From the NCBI GenBank assembly GCA_964586965.1, contig CAZPJU010000002.1:1-40866 (forward strand): 40,866 nt of DNA, read 5' to 3'. This document shows positions 36,027-40,866 of the stretch, piece after piece (position 1 is the stretch's first letter; the number at the start of each line of letters is the position of its first letter). The position numbers were made by a program, and so were the translations under genes. The stretch is from an uncultured Lachnospiraceae bacterium (GTDB lineage Bacteria > Bacillota > Clostridia > Oscillospirales > CAG-272). The notes beneath the pieces were generated by a model that ran no database searches, had not been told where the DNA came from, and saw only the letters and a list, made by a program, of their open reading frames with translations.

Positions 36027-37040
36027 TTATTTTGCGAAGTTAGCAAGAGAAGAAATAAGCTCCGAATTTGTTTCCGAAACGGTCAGCTTTGCCATTTTAA
36101 CCTCAACCGCCTCCTGATACTTCCATGTCAAATACGATTCTTTAAGATCGTCAAAGTGTTCCTTTACGTAAGAAGCATCGACTTCGCAACGTTGGATTAT
36201 GTGATATCCCACATTTGACTCGACAATGCCGCTTGTTTCGCCTATTTCAAGGGCAAAAGCGGCTTTTTCAAATTCTTCGATAAGCTCATTGTGCGTGAAG
36301 TAATAGCCGGTAGGATTGATTATCATTTCCGTGTCCTCGCCGTATTTTGCGACTAACGTATCAAAATCCATGCCGAGCGATACGGCGTTGAGCGCTTCTT
36401 TTGCTTTTGCAAGATTTGCTGATATATCCTCACCGACATCGTTTTTGATAAGTATCTGTTTCGCGCGGCAGAATACATCTTTGTCCTTGATTGCGGCAAG
36501 GACTGTTTCGTCATCTGTTTTTATTGCGCCAGAAGCGATAAGCTTATCGTTCAGTTCCTTATCACATTCAAAGCGACGCAAAATAAAACGAAAAACGCTG
36601 TCCGTCATGTATGCGCCTTCAAGAGAATTGATATATTCTTTCTTTCCGCCGAATTCGTTTTTTATGTAGTCGTCGATCGTTTCTTCAACTATCTTGTCTA
36701 TTTCCGAGCCGTATGGATCTATGCCGTATTCTTCGCAAAGTTCAAATGTCGCGTAGCAACGAAGCACAGCCGAAACTGTTTTTTCCTTTATTGTTTCATA
36801 TATTTTAACCGAATCAACGCTGTCGTTTTCCCAATAATTTTCGTCGCCACCGTCATATTCACGCTTGTAATTCATGAAAAAATATCTGTAAACTTCAAAC
36901 GGCACTTCATAGCTGCCGATTTTAAGGACGATAGTTGCTTCTTCTTCGGTGCTCTCCGGAATGGATGTACATGAAAAAAGAGCGGAGGTCAAAATGAAAA
37001 ATGCGATCAAGACGATCAACGATTTGCGAAAATGATTCAT
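36027..37040 (-). CDS. prsA: PrsA/SurA-like peptidyl-prolyl isomerase lipoprotein (parvulin domain)
   Basis: Lipobox LTSALFSC, and parvulin block FCRAKQILIK...GIVESNVGYHIIQR. Confidence 0.8.
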   Translation of the reverse strand: MNHFRKSLIVLIAFFILTSALFSCTSIPESTEEEATIVLKIGSYEVPFEVYRYFFMNYKREYDGGDENYWENDSVDSVKIYETIKEKTVSAVLRCYATFELCEEYGIDPYGSEIDKIVEETIDDYIKNEFGGKKEYINSLEGAYMTDSVFRFILRRFECDKELNDKLIASGAIKTDDETVLAAIKDKDVFCRAKQILIKNDVGEDISANLAKAKEALNAVSLGMDFDTLVAKYGEDTEMIINPTGYYFTHNELIEEFEKAAFALEIGETSGIVESNVGYHIIQRCEVDASYVKEHFDDLKESYLTWKYQEAVEVKMAKLTVSETNSELISSLANFAK

Positions 37041-37223
37041 AAATTAGAGCAGTAACCTTTCAAAATATATCGTATGTACATTGATACAAGTTTAACTATA
37101 AACTATAATTATGTCAATTGTATGAACGCTTTTTTCGATGAATATAAAGATGTGAAAAAATATTTTTTGAAAATTGAAAACTTTGAGAAAAGTAAAAACT
37201 TTTCCGCAATAATGTTACGTGCC

Positions 37224-37252
37224 TTGAAAATGCTCAAAGCGTGTGATATACT
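37224..37252 (+). promoter_or_regulatory. Sigma-A promoter for hprK
   Basis: TTGAAA-N17-TATACT. Confidence 0.45.
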
Positions 37253-37291
37253 TTGTTTATACATGATTTTTGATAAACGTGTGAGGTGTGT

Positions 37292-38251
37292 ATGGCGTTT
37301 GACAGAGAAAAGGTTACGCTCGGAGATATAATTGATGAGTTTAAGCTTGAAACGATATATCTTCCCGAAGACGGACGCGACCGAGAGATCGTGATCGCAG
37401 AGGTTAACAGACCGGGGCTTGCCTTTGCGGGGTATTTCAAAAAGTTCGAGCCTGCCAGAATTCAGCTTGTCGGCATAGTCGAGCAGACGTATCTTAACGA
37501 TCTTGATCCGGAGCAGAGAAAAAACGTGCTCTATGAATTTTTCAGCAAGCATCCTGTTGCAACAGTGCTGACGACCGGTGCTCGTGCAACGGAAGAAATG
37601 ATCGAGATCGCTTCGTATTTTGACGCTCCGTTACTTATGACGGACTCGCTTACGAGCAATTTCATGTCTGCGCTTATCGCATCTCTTAATTTAAGGCTTG
37701 CACCGAGAATAACCATGCATGGTGTGCTTGTCGAAGTTTACGGAGAGGGAATACTCATACTCGGAGACAGCGGCATAGGTAAAAGCGAAACTGCAATCGA
37801 GCTTGTTAAGCGCGGTCACAGACTTATTGCGGATGATGCTGTTATAGTCAAGCGCGTTTCGGCAGTATCGCTTGTGGGAACGTCGCCGGAACTGATCAAA
37901 TATTATGTTGAGCTTCGCGGTATAGGCATCGTTGATGTCAGAAGAATATTCGGTATGGGTTCTGTAAAGCAGTCCGAAAAAGTGAATATGGTGATCAAGC
38001 TTGAAAATTGGGACAAAGATAAGCTTTATGACCGTTTCGGACTTGAAACGGAATACACCGAGATTCTCGGAATAAAAGTGCCGACGACAACGATCCCGGT
38101 TCATCACGGACGAAATCTTGCCGTAATAATCGAGATTGCGGCGATGAATAACCGTCAGAAAAAGATGGGGTATAACACGCCGGAAGAATTTAATCAAAAG
38201 CTTATTGAGCTCTATGGCGTCGATCCTGCGATCGGCGGTATTAAGGGTTGA
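37292..38251 (+). CDS. hprK: HPr kinase/phosphorylase
   Basis: GVLVEVYGEGILILGDSGIGKSETAIELVKRGHRLIADD and ELRGIGIVDV. The ATG at 37292 lies 5 nt after a GAGG. Confidence 0.95.
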   Translation: MAFDREKVTLGDIIDEFKLETIYLPEDGRDREIVIAEVNRPGLAFAGYFKKFEPARIQLVGIVEQTYLNDLDPEQRKNVLYEFFSKHPVATVLTTGARATEEMIEIASYFDAPLLMTDSLTSNFMSALIASLNLRLAPRITMHGVLVEVYGEGILILGDSGIGKSETAIELVKRGHRLIADDAVIVKRVSAVSLVGTSPELIKYYVELRGIGIVDVRRIFGMGSVKQSEKVNMVIKLENWDKDKLYDRFGLETEYTEILGIKVPTTTIPVHHGRNLAVIIEIAAMNNRQKKMGYNTPEEFNQKLIELYGVDPAIGGIKG

Positions 38252-38261
38252 TAAAATAAAA

Positions 38262-38362
38262 ATCACAGAGTAGACGTGTGCGCGTAAAGTGCTGTCGGGA
38301 CGGGGAGTTGTCCGACGGACGAAGAATTTTTCGCGGTGTGCGCGTCGCATCCCGCTGTTGCA
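38262..38362 (+). promoter_or_regulatory. THF (tetrahydrofolate) riboswitch aptamer, folT-motif class
   Basis: The sequence acagaguagacgugugcgcguaaagug...acgaag...cgcggugugcgcgucgcaucccgcugu matches, block for block, the THF-I consensus as I remember it (AGAGUAG..GCGUUAAGUG..ACGAAG..CGCGGUG..UGCAUCCGCU). It sits directly upstream of folT-folC, the classic context. Confidence 0.8.
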
Positions 38363-38423
38363 TAAGAGACTGTATAATATCTCCGACTGCAATGACGAAA
38401 TTGTTGCATTTGGAGGTATTATA

Positions 38424-38969
38424 ATGCAAAAACAAAATCGTACAAAATCAAACGCATCTAAAACGGCGGTGCTTGCCATGTTAACGGCAGTATCCGTAGT
38501 ACTCGGAATTATTTGCAAAAATCTGTTCACGGTCGGACTGTGGTATAGATTTACGCTTGAAAATCTCGGCGTTATATTTGCCGGAATATTTTTCGGGCCG
38601 ACGGCGGGCGCGCTTGTGGGATTTGCGTCCGATATTATAAGTTGTCTGATCTCGACAAATCCGGCGGTGAATCCCATCATCAGCCTCGGAGCGATATCGG
38701 TCGGTGCGGCTTCCGGAATTGTATCACGTTTTATTATTAAAGAACATTCCACAAAGCAATTTGCCGTAGCCGCGGCTTCGGCTCATATTATCGGTCAGGT
38801 AACAATAAAATCAATAGCTAAGATCGTGTATTTTTCAATGCCTTGGTTCGGCGTGCTCATTGCGCTGCTTTTCAGCGCCGTTGCGTGCTTTATTGAGGTT
38901 GTTGTCATACGTTTGCTTTGGAAAAATCGCGATATAAATAAATTAATAACCGGGATGACATCAAAATGA
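38424..38969 (+). CDS. folT: ECF transporter S component, folate-family (FolT)
   Basis: GGAGGT RBS at 38412. About 180 aa with 5-6 TM helices. Preceded by the THF riboswitch and overlapping folC by 4 nt. The track ORF start at 38289 runs through the riboswitch. Confidence 0.75.
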   Translation: MQKQNRTKSNASKTAVLAMLTAVSVVLGIICKNLFTVGLWYRFTLENLGVIFAGIFFGPTAGALVGFASDIISCLISTNPAVNPIISLGAISVGAASGIVSRFIIKEHSTKQFAVAAASAHIIGQVTIKSIAKIVYFSMPWFGVLIALLFSAVACFIEVVVIRLLWKNRDINKLITGMTSK

Positions 38970-40264
38970 CATATACCGAGGCAGTACAATACATACATTC
39001 AGTTACATGGAAGGGCAGTGTTCCGGGACTTTCGCGTATTACGGAGCTTTGCGAAAGTATCGGAAATCCGCAGGATTCGCTTTCGTTTGTTCATATAGCG
39101 GGAACAAACGGAAAGGGGTCCTTTTGCAGTATGCTTTCATCTGTTTTAACAGAGGCGGGATATACTGTCGGACTTTTTACGTCTCCTTTTGTGAAAGAGT
39201 TTAACGAACGTTTTCAAGTTAACGGAAAAAATATATCCGATGACGAGCTTGCGGAGGTGACAGCATTTGTCAAGCCTTATGCGGACAAAATGCTTGATTC
39301 ACCTACGGAATTTGAGCTTATTACCGCAATCGCATTCGAATATTTCAAACGCAAAAAATGCGATATTGTCGTGCTTGAGGTCGGTATGGGCGGCAGACTC
39401 GATTCTACTAATATAATCAAAACTCCCGTGCTGTCCGTTATAACGGAAATCTCACTCGATCATACATCATTCCTCGGTTCAACGGTTGAGGCTATCGCAC
39501 GTGAAAAATCGGGGATCATAAAAAAAGGAATTCCCGTACTTTTTTCGGGAACGGACGAAGTTGCGTCAAAAACAGTGTCGGATGAAGCTGAAAAGCATTT
39601 GTCGAGCTGCTCTTTAGTTGATTATTCGACGCTTTGCGTAAAAAAATCCGATATTCACGGCAGTACGTTTGATTTTAACGGAAGTAAAGATTATCGCATT
39701 TCTCTCGCGGGCGAATATCAGCCGAGAAATGCCGCCGCTGTAATTTCCGCTGTTGAAATTTTGCGAAATTCAGGTTTTGAGATAAGCGATTTTGCGCTTC
39801 GTTCGGGTCTTGAAAAAACAAAATGGCACGCGCGTTTTGAGCTTTTGCATGAAAGTCCCGTTATAATCTATGACGGAGGACATAATCCGGACGGAGTTAA
39901 GGTTACATTCAAAAGCGCGAAACTTTATTTTCATGAAAAGCCGATACTTCTTACCGGAATTATGGCGGATAAAAATTATAAAGAGGTGGCGGATATCGCC
40001 TCCGAATATGCTTACCGTGTTTATACGGTAAAGCCGAACGTTCCGCGAGCTCTCGATGCTCAAAGTTATGCGGACGTTTATTCTGAACGCGGAGTTCCCG
40101 CTTTTGCGACAGATTCCGTGGAGCAGGGCGTTAATGCCGCTGTTGCAGCTGCTTCTGCGGAGCATAGACCGTTGCTTATATTCGGTTCGCTTTATATGTA
40201 TGCCGATGTTTCTGCGGCAGTTGAAAAATTTTTTTCCGAAACGGAGGAAAAATATGATAAATAA
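38966..40264 (+). CDS. folC: Folylpolyglutamate synthase / dihydrofolate synthase
   Basis: HIAGTNGKGS P-loop, EVGMGGRLDSTN and DGGHNPDG. Confidence 0.9.
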   Translation: MTYTEAVQYIHSVTWKGSVPGLSRITELCESIGNPQDSLSFVHIAGTNGKGSFCSMLSSVLTEAGYTVGLFTSPFVKEFNERFQVNGKNISDDELAEVTAFVKPYADKMLDSPTEFELITAIAFEYFKRKKCDIVVLEVGMGGRLDSTNIIKTPVLSVITEISLDHTSFLGSTVEAIAREKSGIIKKGIPVLFSGTDEVASKTVSDEAEKHLSSCSLVDYSTLCVKKSDIHGSTFDFNGSKDYRISLAGEYQPRNAAAVISAVEILRNSGFEISDFALRSGLEKTKWHARFELLHESPVIIYDGGHNPDGVKVTFKSAKLYFHEKPILLTGIMADKNYKEVADIASEYAYRVYTVKPNVPRALDAQSYADVYSERGVPAFATDSVEQGVNAAVAAASAEHRPLLIFGSLYMYADVSAAVEKFFSETEEKYDK

Positions 40265-40866
40265 ATTGCGTGTTACGGCAATTTTGCTTGTTTTTGCCGT
40301 TGCACTTTCGTTAACTGCGTGTTCCGGTGAGGAAGGTACGCTGTATAACGATATTATGACAATGCTCGGATTTGATATGAATGATTATGAAAACGAAGCT
40401 GCCGTGAATTTTTTGGATGACGGAGATGAGGTGTACGAAAAAATCCGCGGTATTGTTTCGATATTGATATATGACAGCGTACATATATCGACTTTTGAAA
40501 CGACAAGGGAAGCCGCTGCCGGAAATATTGACGCAATACTGAATTATATGCTCAAATCAAGCTATTCCGCGTACAGCGGAAATGCAGAGCTTTTGAAAGA
40601 GGCGGAAGAAGCTTACCCGCAGTATCATATAACGACTTTGATCCCGAAAGAGGATTTCGAAAGTTATGTTTATCGTTACTTCGGAGGCGATTCGAGTGTA
40701 CAGCATTCATCAAGCGCAAGATTTACATTTTTGTCAAAGGTGAATGCGTACACAACAACCGGTCAGCCCGCAGATTCAAATGTAGTTGTAAGCGTGACAA
40801 GTTGTGTTGAGACAACGCATACTTACCGCGCCGAGATAACGCTGTCCCAAAACGATGAGTCGGTTG
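40254..40866 (+). CDS. Hypothetical lipoprotein, 3'-truncated by the window edge. Not in the ORF track.
   Basis: GGAGGAAAAAT-ATG at 40254, then MINKLRVTAILLVFAVALSLTAC (lipobox LTAC). The frame stays open to the end of the window and overlaps the folC stop by 11 nt. Confidence 0.6.
   Translation, partial: MINKLRVTAILLVFAVALSLTACSGEEGTLYNDIMTMLGFDMNDYENEAAVNFLDDGDEVYEKIRGIVSILIYDSVHISTFETTREAAAGNIDAILNYMLKSSYSAYSGNAELLKEAEEAYPQYHITTLIPKEDFESYVYRYFGGDSSVQHSSSARFTFLSKVNAYTTTGQPADSNVVVSVTSCVETTHTYRAEITLSQNDESV

Noticed and set aside
37074-37331. An 85-aa plus-strand ORF and a 147-aa minus-strand ORF in the prsA/hprK intergenic region.
   Set aside because: The DNA is AT-rich and promoter-containing, and both ORFs overlap the hprK start. 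There is no RBS and the predicted proteins are low-complexity.
38371-38380. The sequence tgtataatat looks like a -10 box between the THF aptamer and folT.
   Set aside because: It forms the 5' arm of the 12-bp SD-sequestering helix, and there is no -35 at the proper distance. A promoter here would bypass the riboswitch, which is unlikely though not excluded.
37691-38752. A 353-aa minus-strand ORF across hprK, the riboswitch and folT.
   Set aside because: It is antisense to two confidently identified genes and a structured RNA. It has no RBS and no recognisable motifs.

Overview
This 40.9 kb window looks like core chromosome from a spore-forming, low/medium-GC Firmicute of the class Clostridia. 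Supporting signs are GGAGG-type ribosome binding sites, hprK, a PdaA-type cortex deacetylase, an ECF folT transporter component and a rubrerythrin.

I found no tRNA or rRNA genes, CRISPR arrays, transposases, integrases or recognisable defence genes. I also see no convincing new multi-gene system, so most of the window is ordinary housekeeping.

Gene order:
- trpB (3' part).
- A minus-strand operon: DUF951, yfhO, ruvA, ruvB and an acyltransferase.
- aspS.
- rpmG-secE-nusG-rplK-rplA. rpmG is missing from the ORF track.
- A rubrerythrin gene.
- A minus-strand operon asnB / ATP-grasp ligase / aspartate racemase / murE, which I read as a complete D-Asp (D-iso-Asn) peptidoglycan cross-bridge module.
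- An AraC regulator and several membrane proteins.
- A GNAT acetyltransferase, two NodB-type deacetylases (one PdaA-like) and a Cof-type HAD hydrolase.
- A visibly AT-richer block: TetR, two ABC ATPases, a large-loop permease and a TerB-like gene.
- A fused P-loop kinase and a YfcE-type phosphoesterase.
- Three translationally coupled small genes of unknown function.
- A minus-strand operon: PrsA-like lipoprotein, a membrane-anchored protein with a Thr/Glu/Pro tail, and a PAS/degenerate-kinase-like protein.
- hprK, then a THF riboswitch controlling folT-folC.
- A 3'-truncated lipoprotein gene, also absent from the ORF track.

The items most worth a second look are the cross-bridge operon with a non-DNPR MurE, the aspS leader (a strong-SD 25-codon uORF and no T-box), the 171-aa SecE with an acidic exported extension, the three-gene unknown operon, and the TetR/ABC/TerB-like block. 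All functional calls come from reading motifs by eye. No searches were run.
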